Notes under the pieces: model-generated
The model's database searches: none
What the model saw: only the letters and a program-made list of their open reading frames with translations
Told to the model about the DNA's origin: nothing
In this document: in pieces, positions 27,067-37,140 of the stretch
Numbering within the stretch: position 1 is the first letter of the stretch
How the letters are laid out: each line of letters starts with the position of its first letter
Program-made: the position numbers and the translations under genes
Virus record (IMG/VR): IMGVR_UViG_3300035676_000001
DNA length: 64,000 nucleotides
From: a virus
Lineage: Duplodnaviria; Caudoviricetes
Strand: one strand, 5' to 3'

Positions 27067-27807
27067 TTAGACTATGACTAAAACTGAACCAGAAGCAACG
27101 TCAACAGTAATACCCAATCCAACTGTGACGGGACCAATTAATAATCCGTTCTTTCCAGAAGGAATAAAAACACTACTATCAATACTTTGATCTGTTAAAA
27201 CGGCACCATCTACAAGAGCGATGTTTCCGACTGCCTGTATCGCCCCTGCTGAGTTTGCAGCACCAGCAATGGTTGTCGTATTAATACCAAGAATCTTTGT
27301 GGTATGAACACCTACACTGTTTGCTGAGAATGTTCCACCAGCACCAGTGTTGCCTGCAATACTTACATCAATAGAATTAGTCGATGAGTTATAAGCAAAA
27401 GTATTTCCAAAACCAATAAAGTTAAGTTGAGTAACACCAACTCCAATATTGACACCGCCAGACTGAATTCCAACACCTCGTGCTGAAGGTGCTAGTTTTG
27501 CAAAGGTAACTGATCCATCAGCAGGAACACCAACTCCTAATGCAACGCCAAGAACAATGCAGAAGAAGTCATCTGTTACTTGTGGAGCAGCAGCAAATGT
27601 AATTGTATTTTGGTCGATTGTATATGCCGACTCTGGTTCTTGTACAACTCCACCAAGAGAAACTAAAAGTGAAAAAGAAGAACCAGGATAGAATGCTTGA
27701 CCACCTGAAGTTAAATCAAAAGTTTTGGTAGACCCATTAAACTGTGATGAAATATCATCCAGTTTCAAATAATTTCCTGATGTGAGTGCTCTACCAAGAT
27801 AAGCCAT
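27067..27807 (-). CDS. Virion structural/fibre-anchoring protein
   Basis: LDDISSQFNGSTKTFDL..LLVSLGGVVQEP..ITFAAAP; related to 39816. Confidence 0.6.
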   Translation of the reverse strand: MAYLGRALTSGNYLKLDDISSQFNGSTKTFDLTSGGQAFYPGSSFSLLVSLGGVVQEPESAYTIDQNTITFAAAPQVTDDFFCIVLGVALGVGVPADGSVTFAKLAPSARGVGIQSGGVNIGVGVTQLNFIGFGNTFAYNSSTNSIDVSIAGNTGAGGTFSANSVGVHTTKILGINTTTIAGAANSAGAIQAVGNIALVDGAVLTDQSIDSSVFIPSGKNGLLIGPVTVGLGITVDVASGSVLVIV

Positions 27808-27828
27808 TATGGTTTTTTAGATATTTAG

Positions 27829-28185
27829 TTAATCGGGTAAAGAATCAAAACTCAAAGTAGATGAAGAAGAAACAGTTTGATTTTGAACTTTACTATCAAA
27901 CCTATCTTTAATTTTAGAAACTTTATACTCAATATCTGGATGATTTTCTAACCAAGATAACACTTGTGTTTTTGTTAATTCTGAATATTCTATAAAACCA
28001 TCTTCTGGATATTGAAAATATGTGGACCCACAAACTTTTTCTTCAACTCCACTATCTTCATCAATTAATTTGCAAGTCCAATGTACAGTTTGAAGTACTT
28101 TTTCTCGATAGTCGTTTACAGATTTGATAAAAACTTTATCAATGACTACCATTTTGTCTATAGATATTTGTTTATTGACTGCCAT
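27829..28185 (-). CDS. Hypothetical protein (fibre-associated)
   Basis: VLQTVHWTC..FIEYSELTKTQVLSWL. Confidence 0.55.
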   Translation of the reverse strand: MAVNKQISIDKMVVIDKVFIKSVNDYREKVLQTVHWTCKLIDEDSGVEEKVCGSTYFQYPEDGFIEYSELTKTQVLSWLENHPDIEYKVSKIKDRFDSKVQNQTVSSSSTLSFDSLPD

Positions 28186-28765
28186 AGTTAATTCCTAAAT
28201 TTGTTAACCAGGTTACAATGATTCTTTTAGTTCCAGAAAGCACTGGTGTTCCACAATGTGGGTATAAAAAACTAGATGGAAATATTAAAACTTGACCTGG
28301 TTTTGGTTTGTATTTTCCAAATCCAAACTCTGTAAATCCCCCATCAAAATCATCATTCAAATATAAAACAAAACTCAATAGACGACATATTGTTTTTGGA
28401 TCTTGTCCCTGATCTACGTGCCAATGATAATAATCGGTCTCATCATATTTAGTAAACTGTATTGGTTCAAATTTATATCCATCCACTGTTGTTCTTTGTA
28501 TAGAGGACAAGTATAAGTCTTCAAGATGATGTTCGCAATATTCAAAAAAAGATGAATTTATTCTATCAAGGATAAGACGTGAATACTTTTCATCAATGGT
28601 GTGAAAAGTTTTAGACTTTCTGATATCTGAATTTTCTATACTATCTCCAACTTTTGATGAAGAAAATAATTCATTATCTTCAGACCAGTCTATAACTTCT
28701 TTACATTCGTCAACTGATAAACAATCTGCTGTATAAACAAAATAACTTAAATTTCTATCAATCAC
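28172..28765 (-). CDS. 2OG-Fe(II) oxygenase, prolyl-4-hydroxylase-like
   Basis: WHVD...LSFVLYLNDDFDGGFTEF...FLYPHCG..KR (HxD..H..R). Confidence 0.9.
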   Translation of the reverse strand: MIDRNLSYFVYTADCLSVDECKEVIDWSEDNELFSSSKVGDSIENSDIRKSKTFHTIDEKYSRLILDRINSSFFEYCEHHLEDLYLSSIQRTTVDGYKFEPIQFTKYDETDYYHWHVDQGQDPKTICRLLSFVLYLNDDFDGGFTEFGFGKYKPKPGQVLIFPSSFLYPHCGTPVLSGTKRIIVTWLTNLGINYGSQ

Positions 28766-28766
28766 A

Positions 28767-31700
28767 TCAATAAGGTCCTAAAGGATTAACTCTTCTCCAG
28801 TTTCTACTCCAAATATTTCCATTAGCGGATCCGTTACTTGGATTCCAGAAAGCTCCTTCTGGATATGTTGCAGGAGCTCCTGTGGCATATCTGGCGCCAC
28901 CAATACCATACAATGCACCATCATAGGTCATCATAAGACCAATTCCATCATAACTGGTGTCTCTGGCAAATACAGACATATCTTTAATTTTATAGGATGG
29001 TACATCAAATACAAGTCTTTGTGGTGTTGTTGGAGTAGTTGCTGTACCATCCCCAAGTAGTCCAGAAGAATTATATCCCCAACCATAAACACGATATTCG
29101 TTTGTGGTCAGATTTTTAAACATAGCAAAAAATCCTCCCCCACCGCTACCAGCCTGATGCATAGTCCACATTTGTTCACACATCCATCCAGTCTTTGTTC
29201 TAGAAGGAGATGCAGCAGATCCATAATTTTGTGGGAACTTTGTTGGAGTAATCCAAGAAGTGCTAGCAGTGGTTGTACCATTTGCTAATTGATAATATAC
29301 ATTATGCCCACAACACCACAAACACCAACCGTTTGCTTCGGTGTAATCAGTTAGATATAAGGTATCAGCAATTGCTGCTCCACCAGATGCCTTTGGTCTA
29401 AACCAGAAATTGTATACATTTCCAGTTGGTGGATTAGTCAGCGAACATCCTGGTCCAGCAATCTGAGTCCAAGTTAATTTTTGAGTTGTGTTGCCATATC
29501 CATATCCTGATGTATTTCTACCAGCGTGCCAAAGAGTCCAGTTTTTAAATAAGATAAAGGCATCAGAAAAAGCAGCATCAGTTCCTCCAATTATCATCTT
29601 ATAAATTTCTTGTGATGGAAGAACGCCACTACCAGTAATTGTAAAGGTTAGTTTATCTGTAGTTGTACCATCACCGTGAATACCAGATGCTGCTTCACCA
29701 ACAACCCACAATGCATTAGTATTATCTTGAACAAAACAAAAACCATTATTACCACCACCAGACCATTGACCCACAATTGTCCTTCCCATTTTTCTCAAAA
29801 GTTGAGATCTTCCAATAATTCTAACAGCACCAGAAGTGTTTAATGAAGTTGTTGTTCTTGCATTTTTACCAGTATGTCTTTGAATAGTATAAATTCCAGT
29901 ACCATTCTTTTCGGTTACTTCATAACTATCATCAACTGCTGTTCCTGTTGTAAAGTCTGCGTAAATAAATTCTCCAAGATAGAAATTTGGATCTGATGAG
30001 AATGTAATTCTTATATCTGTTCCAGCGACTCCAGCATTCACCCCATCACTTGATTGCAAATAAGTTCCAGTGTATGTAACTCCCGCACCAGCAATTGTTG
30101 GGTCGTTTGCAACGTTAAATAAGCAAGCTTTTGAAAAGTTTCTAGCAGTGACCGAACCATCTGCAAGTTGTCCAGATGCATTATAACCACCGGTGTTCCA
30201 CATTTCTGTGTACCTATCAGTTTCTTGAATAACTTTACAATAAACTACTCCACCACCGTTATCTGGATCAGAAGAGAAATCCATTGTTGAAGAAACATTA
30301 GCAACTTTTTTTACTGCTATACCACCAGACGCAGAGTTTCCAACATATCTATCTTGATGATCGTAATCATTAATATCCCAAACAATTACGGGTTCTTGAA
30401 TATTTGTAGTATTTCCTTGATTCAACCAACCATAAGTATTAAGTTCAGTTGTAGCCCAAACATATCCTTTTTCGGTTAAACAAAAGAAACCGGATGTTAA
30501 ATTTTTTGATTCGATATTACCAACAATTTTTATAATTTCTCCTAAAGTATTCTTATCTGCAGATTTGGTGTTTACACCTTGATAATCTGTGGCAACTCCA
30601 ATTTGTGCATAATCACTTGGTGTATACTGTACAACTGCTCCAACATTAACAGGACCAGACATAATTGCTTGTATTGGAGTTCCTGGATCCGCATAAGCAT
30701 CAACGTTGACTCCAGTAATAAGATAACTTCCACTTTCTTCTTGAAGTCTAACAACCATATCACCACCATAAGTGATATAACAAAAACCTATTCTTCCTGT
30801 TCCGCCAGCACCAAATTCTCTTGCTTGGTGTGGATAGTATTCCGATCCAGTAATAATAGTATTATCATTAACTACACCGTGCTTTAAGTAATCACCTGCT
30901 GGGTTATATCCAGCAGTTTGGGCAGAAATTCTCGCGGTTATAGTTCCAAGTCCAGCAGAAGAACTTGGGAAAATATCACTATATCCATTATTATATAAAG
31001 TGCCAATACCAGAATTGTAATTTAGGTCTGGAAGTCTTCCTCTAATAACTGTTCCAGGTTCATAGTTTCCACTAGACTTTTCAAGAACTAAGTTGTTGTT
31101 TCTCCAATCTGGAATTAAAACTCTAGAATCAAATTCAGTATTAGCATATCCAACATCAATATGCAATCCAGATCTCTTTGAATAATCTTCAAAATCGTTG
31201 TATACAGGATTGGATACTGTTGAAGTTATTGTTATGACTGGGGTTTCATTAGTAACCGATGAACCAGTTAAGATCCTATTAAATGTAGAGACACCAGAAA
31301 CATTAAGTTGTTGTGCTGTAAAGTTGGTCGCAGTTGTGACTCCTAATGTAGAGACACCAGAAACATTAAGTTGAGTTGTTGATGTTCCACTTCCTACTAC
31401 TGTAAGAGCATATGTTGGATTTGTAGTTCCAATGCCAAAATTACCAGATGAGGTTAGTCTTACTCGCTCCAGTCTACTCGAACCAGTTCCAGTCCAGAAA
31501 GTAATTCTTTGTGGTGCAGTTCCAAGTCCAACTGTACCATCAACATCCATGTTGATAGAAGCAGTTGCTCTACTTGTCGAACCATCATAAATTGCACCTA
31601 ATAAACTGAAAGTATTATCATTAGTAAGAGGAACTGTCGGAGATGATAAAGTTCCTCTTGCTCTTGTCGCTTTGAATACTCCCCTTTGAGCAGAAGCACT

Positions 31701-31928
31701 ACCAGCAGCAATAATATTAAATCCAGGAGCAGTATTTTGAGCACTAATCGTTAAAAAATCTGAGGTATAAAGTGCTGTACTTATACTACCATTACCGTCA
31801 GAAACGTGTAATGTTGTTATTGGATTTGTGGTTCCTACTCCAACATTGCCAATGATATTAATGCCCGTCAAAGGTGCGGTGCTTGAAATACCAGAACTGG
31901 TGATTTGTGTAAGACGGTCAAGTGCCAT
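28767..31928 (-). CDS. Large fibre/receptor-binding protein with C-terminal RCC1/BLIP-II-like propeller
   Basis: VGVGTTNP repeats; repeated G.N..GQL.DG.T blades. Confidence 0.7.
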   Translation of the reverse strand: MALDRLTQITSSGISSTAPLTGINIIGNVGVGTTNPITTLHVSDGNGSISTALYTSDFLTISAQNTAPGFNIIAAGSASAQRGVFKATRARGTLSSPTVPLTNDNTFSLLGAIYDGSTSRATASINMDVDGTVGLGTAPQRITFWTGTGSSRLERVRLTSSGNFGIGTTNPTYALTVVGSGTSTTQLNVSGVSTLGVTTATNFTAQQLNVSGVSTFNRILTGSSVTNETPVITITSTVSNPVYNDFEDYSKRSGLHIDVGYANTEFDSRVLIPDWRNNNLVLEKSSGNYEPGTVIRGRLPDLNYNSGIGTLYNNGYSDIFPSSSAGLGTITARISAQTAGYNPAGDYLKHGVVNDNTIITGSEYYPHQAREFGAGGTGRIGFCYITYGGDMVVRLQEESGSYLITGVNVDAYADPGTPIQAIMSGPVNVGAVVQYTPSDYAQIGVATDYQGVNTKSADKNTLGEIIKIVGNIESKNLTSGFFCLTEKGYVWATTELNTYGWLNQGNTTNIQEPVIVWDINDYDHQDRYVGNSASGGIAVKKVANVSSTMDFSSDPDNGGGVVYCKVIQETDRYTEMWNTGGYNASGQLADGSVTARNFSKACLFNVANDPTIAGAGVTYTGTYLQSSDGVNAGVAGTDIRITFSSDPNFYLGEFIYADFTTGTAVDDSYEVTEKNGTGIYTIQRHTGKNARTTTSLNTSGAVRIIGRSQLLRKMGRTIVGQWSGGGNNGFCFVQDNTNALWVVGEAASGIHGDGTTTDKLTFTITGSGVLPSQEIYKMIIGGTDAAFSDAFILFKNWTLWHAGRNTSGYGYGNTTQKLTWTQIAGPGCSLTNPPTGNVYNFWFRPKASGGAAIADTLYLTDYTEANGWCLWCCGHNVYYQLANGTTTASTSWITPTKFPQNYGSAASPSRTKTGWMCEQMWTMHQAGSGGGGFFAMFKNLTTNEYRVYGWGYNSSGLLGDGTATTPTTPQRLVFDVPSYKIKDMSVFARDTSYDGIGLMMTYDGALYGIGGARYATGAPATYPEGAFWNPSNGSANGNIWSRNWRRVNPLGPY

Positions 31929-31933
31929 TTATT

Positions 31934-32275
31934 TTACTGCGGTGGTTGTCCTTCTGGTTTTGGATGTTTTGCTTTCACTGCTTCTACCATCTGAACCCAT
32001 TTACCATTCTCCAAATTACCAGACTTGATATCATCATAGAGAAGGTTCAGTTGGTCTTTCCAATCTCCATACTCCGTTTCACGATTACGGGCATAGAGGT
32101 AGTAATTATAAGTTTCTACATCCTTTTGAATTTGTGCTTCTACTTCTTCCCATTCAGGTGGTTCGGATCCGTTTGGACATTCCCAACGAGTAAAAGTCCT
32201 ATTATATAAGTCAAACTTGGCATCAGGACGAAGATATTTAATAGCAGTATCAACACCAGGCAAACGAATATTCAT
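31934..32275 (-). CDS. Fibre partner/chaperone, class B-like
   Basis: YLRPDAKF..PPEWEEV..EYGDWKDQL. Confidence 0.6.
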   Translation of the reverse strand: MNIRLPGVDTAIKYLRPDAKFDLYNRTFTRWECPNGSEPPEWEEVEAQIQKDVETYNYYLYARNRETEYGDWKDQLNLLYDDIKSGNLENGKWVQMVEAVKAKHPKPEGQPPQ

Positions 32276-32300
32276 TTCAGTAGTCTCCTAATATAAGGTA

Positions 32301-32705
32301 TTATTCAGCGGCAGGTTCTGGGGTAATGAGATCCCACTCTCCGTTCTCTTCGTCCCACTGATAACGTGAACCTGCTTCAACTTCTGCTTCGGTCAGTTCA
32401 GGTGCGGGACCAACAGGTGATTCCCAGTCAGCAGTTTCGTTATTCAGAACCCAAGACTCAAAAGGCTTTGGTGCAACGAAGGCATCCAGTCCAGCATTGT
32501 ATGAGTAACCAATACCAGCATAACGCTTTCTGATGCTGCTGTTATAAGAGGTCTGAACCCACTTACCACCTAAAAGTTTCTTACAGAAAGCAATACCTAG
32601 AATCTCATCTTCTTGACCAGTGTGAGGATCGGTAATATCTTTGTTGTCTACTACGATGACTTGTGTGACGACGTTGTTTTCGTCAAGTTGAGCAAAATGT
32701 GCCAT
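32301..32705 (-). CDS. Gly-rich-fibre partner, class C (MAHFAQLDENNVVTQVIVV)
   Basis: Paralogue of 45311; W.QTSYN..RKRYAGIG..DAFV. Confidence 0.7.
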   Translation of the reverse strand: MAHFAQLDENNVVTQVIVVDNKDITDPHTGQEDEILGIAFCKKLLGGKWVQTSYNSSIRKRYAGIGYSYNAGLDAFVAPKPFESWVLNNETADWESPVGPAPELTEAEVEAGSRYQWDEENGEWDLITPEPAAE

Positions 32706-32756
32706 AAGTCTTTATTCGTGAATATAATAAATGAATGGTATGTTTTTATTTATGTA

Positions 32757-35198
32757 TTATGAAGGATAAGCGATGATGACGATACCGGAACCACCAGCCG
32801 TAGCACCGTTACCGTTAGTAGCACCAGCATCTCTACCGCCTCCGCCGCCTCCACCAAGATTTGTAGTTCCTTTTGTTCCTATCTGTATATCATTACCACC
32901 ATTTCCACCACCACCAGGACCACCGATACCAATTGATGGAACGGAAGTACCTTCTCCACATCCTCCACCTCCACCAGCATAAGTTACTGATGAACCAGAT
33001 ATTGATGATGCTTGTCCTGCCCCACCATTACCACCCCTGGTGGGTGGCGCTGCTTCACCTGCAGCAGAAGCTCCACCACCTCCCCCACCATAAAATGCAG
33101 GACCTACTTTACCATTTCCTCCATTATTGCCTTGTGGTGGTGATGTTGGTGGAGTGTTTCCAGAACCACCTAAACCAGAACCTGGAGAATTAGCACTACC
33201 TCCGCCGCCAGAACCACCAGATCTTCCATTTGATACTGATGGATTTCCAGCACCTGGTCCGCCATAACCCCCACCTCCGCCGCCGCCAGCAGATGTTATT
33301 GTAGAAAATATGGAATTAGACCCATTGGAACCAAAAGCAGTTGGACTATTTGGTCCACGAGTTCCCTCTACTCCCCCACCACCAACAGTAATTGTATAAG
33401 AACCAGGATTAGCACTTACAGGAAAACCAGAACCAGTTCTAAAACCACCAGCACCTCCTCCACCACCAGTCTGTTGTCCACCTCCACCACCACCAGCAAC
33501 TACAAGGTAATCGACAGAAGTTAAACCAGGATCAAGAACATTAAATGACGCAGATGAAGTAAAAGTATGAATAGTCTTACCACTAGCATAAGAAACTGTT
33601 CCACCAGTGGCTTTAATTGCTTGCTGTCCTATTTGGTAGCGAACGATGACGATACCGGAACCACCGGAACCACCTGTTCCATAATGAGCTCCGCCACCGC
33701 CACCACCTGTGTTTGATGAACCAGCAGATATTCCAGTAGGGAATCCTCCACCATTTCCACCACCGCCTGCTGATGGTGCTGGTCCTGGTGGTATTGGTCC
33801 TCCATTACCTGGTCCACCAATATTACCACCTCCTCCACCACCACCAGCATAAGTTGTAGAAGTTCCACTAATTGAAAATACTGCTCCCGCACCTCCAGAT
33901 CCTCCTCGCCCATTACCAAATCCTATTGGACGCCCATCAATTCCATTCGTTCCACTGCCACCAGCACCACCACCACCGCCGCCAGCTTCCCATTGTCCAG
34001 GAACGTGCTGTCCACTTCCACCATTATTTCCCTCTACAGGAGTATATCCACCACTGTTACCACTACCCCCAGGAAAAATCGCCGCAGGTCCTGGAGGAGC
34101 ACTACCACCTCCACCGCCAGAACCACCCGGAGAACCTGGATCACTATTTGAACCACCTGCTCCACCACCAGATGAAGTTATTGATCCAAATACAGAATTA
34201 CTTCCATTATTTTCTTGCGCTCCACCAGAACCAACAGTGACTGTATAAGAACCAGGAGAAGTGCTTACTGTAAATCCAATACCAGTTCTAAATCCACCAG
34301 CACCTCCACCACCACTTGAATATGCACCAGGACCAGGATTACCATTACCGCCACCGCCACCGCCACCAGCAACTACAAGATACTCAACAGTATTATTTAC
34401 TGAAGTTACGTTTAATACTGTAAAAGTTCCTGATGAAGTAAAGGTGTGTGTCTGATATAATGCTCCGCCACTATAATAATTACTAATTGTACCACCAGAT
34501 GCTTGTATGTATGAAGAAGTATTTGATGCGATCCAAGATGTTCCGTTATAAATTTCTAACTGTTGGGTTGAACTATTGTATATGATAGTTCCAGTAGCAG
34601 TTCCTACGCCAGCATTACGTCCAGTGGTCGTTGTAGCACCTAAACCAATTTGATTATTTCTTATAAAACTATCACCGACAGTGATACTTGTTGTAGCACC
34701 AACTCGAATGCCACCAGAAAACGTAGAGACACCGGAAGATTGAAGTCCTTGTGACTGTAAAACTCCAAAGACCGTTGCACCATATCCAGTGGTTTCAAAT
34801 TTTCTGGAGTTATCAAAATAGAGTTCTACTGCACCATTACCTCTAAAAATAGCACTACTTTCTCCAGAAAGACCTTGGATGTAAACATTATTACCATTAT
34901 CGGTAATGTAGAGACTTCCTGTAGTATTATTAATGTAAGTATTAGATCCATCATGATAAATTCTTAAATCATTGCCATCACCAAAATAAGCAACATCACC
35001 ATCTCCCCAATATGATGATGATCCAAAGGTAGAAACTCCAGTAACATTTAATGTTTGGGCATTTACATTTCCAAAATCACTTAATGTCAGTGAAGAAGCA
35101 TTAATACTTCCAGTGATAGTTCCAGTAGCAGTTAAGTTTTGAATTAAAACTGTTCCTGTACTTCCAATACCAGCGGCAGCAATCTTGGTAAATGCCAT
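32757..35198 (-). CDS. Fibre protein with two tandem Gly/Pro-rich domains
   Basis: Two copies of HTFTSS..V(E/D)YLVVAGGGGGG...GGSGIVI. Confidence 0.75.
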   Translation of the reverse strand: MAFTKIAAAGIGSTGTVLIQNLTATGTITGSINASSLTLSDFGNVNAQTLNVTGVSTFGSSSYWGDGDVAYFGDGNDLRIYHDGSNTYINNTTGSLYITDNGNNVYIQGLSGESSAIFRGNGAVELYFDNSRKFETTGYGATVFGVLQSQGLQSSGVSTFSGGIRVGATTSITVGDSFIRNNQIGLGATTTTGRNAGVGTATGTIIYNSSTQQLEIYNGTSWIASNTSSYIQASGGTISNYYSGGALYQTHTFTSSGTFTVLNVTSVNNTVEYLVVAGGGGGGGNGNPGPGAYSSGGGGAGGFRTGIGFTVSTSPGSYTVTVGSGGAQENNGSNSVFGSITSSGGGAGGSNSDPGSPGGSGGGGGSAPPGPAAIFPGGSGNSGGYTPVEGNNGGSGQHVPGQWEAGGGGGGAGGSGTNGIDGRPIGFGNGRGGSGGAGAVFSISGTSTTYAGGGGGGGNIGGPGNGGPIPPGPAPSAGGGGNGGGFPTGISAGSSNTGGGGGGAHYGTGGSGGSGIVIVRYQIGQQAIKATGGTVSYASGKTIHTFTSSASFNVLDPGLTSVDYLVVAGGGGGGQQTGGGGGAGGFRTGSGFPVSANPGSYTITVGGGGVEGTRGPNSPTAFGSNGSNSIFSTITSAGGGGGGGYGGPGAGNPSVSNGRSGGSGGGGSANSPGSGLGGSGNTPPTSPPQGNNGGNGKVGPAFYGGGGGGASAAGEAAPPTRGGNGGAGQASSISGSSVTYAGGGGGCGEGTSVPSIGIGGPGGGGNGGNDIQIGTKGTTNLGGGGGGGRDAGATNGNGATAGGSGIVIIAYPS

Positions 35199-35223
35199 TA
35201 TTAACCGACTACTTTTTGTTTAT

Positions 35224-35754
35224 TTATCTGACTAACATATCCCAAGAAGTTACAACACGCTCTTTGTTACTTGAGTTTGACTGTGCGTAATGTAAAAGCA
35301 CACTTGGAACGATATACATCACTCCTTCTTTCGCATCAGGAGCAAAAGCAAGTTGTGTCGTATCACTTACAGGATCGTTCCAAGGACCAACGAAGACTGT
35401 TGGTTTATGAACTTTCTCATCATACTCAACATATAAGATGCCACTGTAACCGTGACTACGATGATTATGTACAGTCTGATAATCTTCTTTCTTATATTTG
35501 ATGGTCCAGATGTCGGTGATTTGATACTCGGAAACGCCTGCTTCCTCACAGAACTTTTTCAATTCATCATTGAAGAGCATATCAAAATCCAAAGCATAAC
35601 TTTTACCGTCCTTCTGGCGGTCTGTATAAAAGTGTTGAAGACCCTTCTTTTCGAAGTTCTTTCTTTCCATCTTTTTATACAGTGCCGCCTTTTTTCTGGA
35701 CCAGTCTTCTACCTCATAACGGTAGATGGGTACGAAGAATAAAGGGTGTATCAC
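35224..35754 (-). CDS. Putative 2OG-Fe(II) oxygenase (HxH type)
   Basis: YQTVHNH..YSGILYV..PSVLLHY. Confidence 0.7.
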   Translation of the reverse strand: MIHPLFFVPIYRYEVEDWSRKKAALYKKMERKNFEKKGLQHFYTDRQKDGKSYALDFDMLFNDELKKFCEEAGVSEYQITDIWTIKYKKEDYQTVHNHRSHGYSGILYVEYDEKVHKPTVFVGPWNDPVSDTTQLAFAPDAKEGVMYIVPSVLLHYAQSNSSNKERVVTSWDMLVR

Positions 35755-36455
35755 GGACGAACTGCGTCAAAACTACAATGTACGAATGGACCATTGGCAT
35801 CAACATAATGAAGGAACACTTGATGGTGTGTTTGTACTATTTCTTTACCTCTTATTTTTGCGACTTTCTTTTTCCACCAGGGCACTTCATCAGGCATTGC
35901 GTCTCTCCAATGTTCTCGTTCGCATCCCTTATAAACCGCAGCATCACCATTATTCATTAATACATAAGACTCGCTACCATCAGGACGCTCAAACCAAATG
36001 GGCCAAGGATTTTTAAGTGTAGTGCTAATTTGTAATGTTACACTCACTTCACACGCAGGACGATCGCTATGCCTTTTTAATACTTGTCCTGGACTATAAA
36101 ATCTGTCGTAGAAATAAGTTGGATGTAAATCCATACCAAGACGCTTTTCAATTTCCTTCTTTACAAGAAAATGAAGTTCCCGATAGATAGGAATATTATA
36201 TCTTGCCAACGAACCTGGAACTTGTTTTTCATCGGGACAGTAATCATACTTATCCATTCTATTGTTGTAGTATGTGTATTGTCCAGACTCATTTGGTCTT
36301 GGAACATACAGATTTTCAGGGTCGGCAATGAGACCTGGAATGAATAAGTATCCATTTTTCTCAAAGGACTCATTCTTTGACATCTTACGGGTCGGCATCG
36401 CACAACGCTGATACCCTTCCTCATAAACTCCGCCTGTAGACTTATATTCTTTCAT
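35751..36455 (-). CDS. Putative 2OG-Fe(II) oxygenase
   Basis: LKRHSDRPACEVSVT..GDAAVYKGCEREHWR..HQVFLHYV. Confidence 0.65.
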   Translation of the reverse strand: MKEYKSTGGVYEEGYQRCAMPTRKMSKNESFEKNGYLFIPGLIADPENLYVPRPNESGQYTYYNNRMDKYDYCPDEKQVPGSLARYNIPIYRELHFLVKKEIEKRLGMDLHPTYFYDRFYSPGQVLKRHSDRPACEVSVTLQISTTLKNPWPIWFERPDGSESYVLMNNGDAAVYKGCEREHWRDAMPDEVPWWKKKVAKIRGKEIVQTHHQVFLHYVDANGPFVHCSFDAVRP

Positions 36456-36470
36456 TTCTCATACCTCCAA

Positions 36471-37088
36471 TCAGCGCCAACGTTTTCCGACTACCCAACC
36501 TACAAGGCTCTTACGCATACCAGATTTAACCTTACGAACTCGGTGAGGAGTGCGTGAGTCAAACATAATCAAAGTGCCTCTCTGTTTGGGGGCAAAGTAA
36601 GTCTTGCGACTATTGTCCATAAACTGAACTTCGCCACCAGTATAGTCTTCTGGGTCTGAGAGTTGAAGTGAGAAGGAAAGTTTTCTTACATACTCACCCT
36701 GAACCGTCATCAGGTCCTGGGCAATGTTGGTGCCTGAACTGACGATTTGTTGAGGTTTATATGAAGTGTCAATACCAGCATCAATATGCCAGTCATAAAA
36801 CTGTCCAGCACCATATTGAGTATATTGAATGCTTTCACCATCAATCGCAGTCAGGTCATACAAAAAGTTTTCTCTGTTGGTTCTCTGAATATAATGCCAG
36901 ATGAAACCACCAATCCAATGAGAAGTCGGAATCCAGGCATTCTTGCTATCACGGATGACTTTATCTACTGCGTCTCCGTGAAGTCTGGACTCTTCTGCGA
37001 TTGAGTCAAACTTCTTGATATCCTCTTCAAGAATTTCTACAATATCTTTGGGTAAATCAGTCGTGTACCACGTCGTAAGAAATGACAT
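36471..37088 (-). CDS. 2OG-Fe(II) oxygenase (PKHD/prolyl-hydroxylase type)
   Basis: YDWHID..RKLSFSLQLSDPEDYTGGE..FDSRTPHRV..RKSLVGW. Confidence 0.9.
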   Translation of the reverse strand: MSFLTTWYTTDLPKDIVEILEEDIKKFDSIAEESRLHGDAVDKVIRDSKNAWIPTSHWIGGFIWHYIQRTNRENFLYDLTAIDGESIQYTQYGAGQFYDWHIDAGIDTSYKPQQIVSSGTNIAQDLMTVQGEYVRKLSFSLQLSDPEDYTGGEVQFMDNSRKTYFAPKQRGTLIMFDSRTPHRVRKVKSGMRKSLVGWVVGKRWR

Positions 37089-37111
37089 ATTTTAATAATG
37101 TTTTTCATCTC

Positions 37112-37140
37112 ATTATATATCAGGATTAAAAGGAAGTCAA
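37112..37140 (-). promoter_or_regulatory. sigma70 promoter for the oxygenase trio
   Basis: TTGACT-17 nt-TATAAT. Confidence 0.8.
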
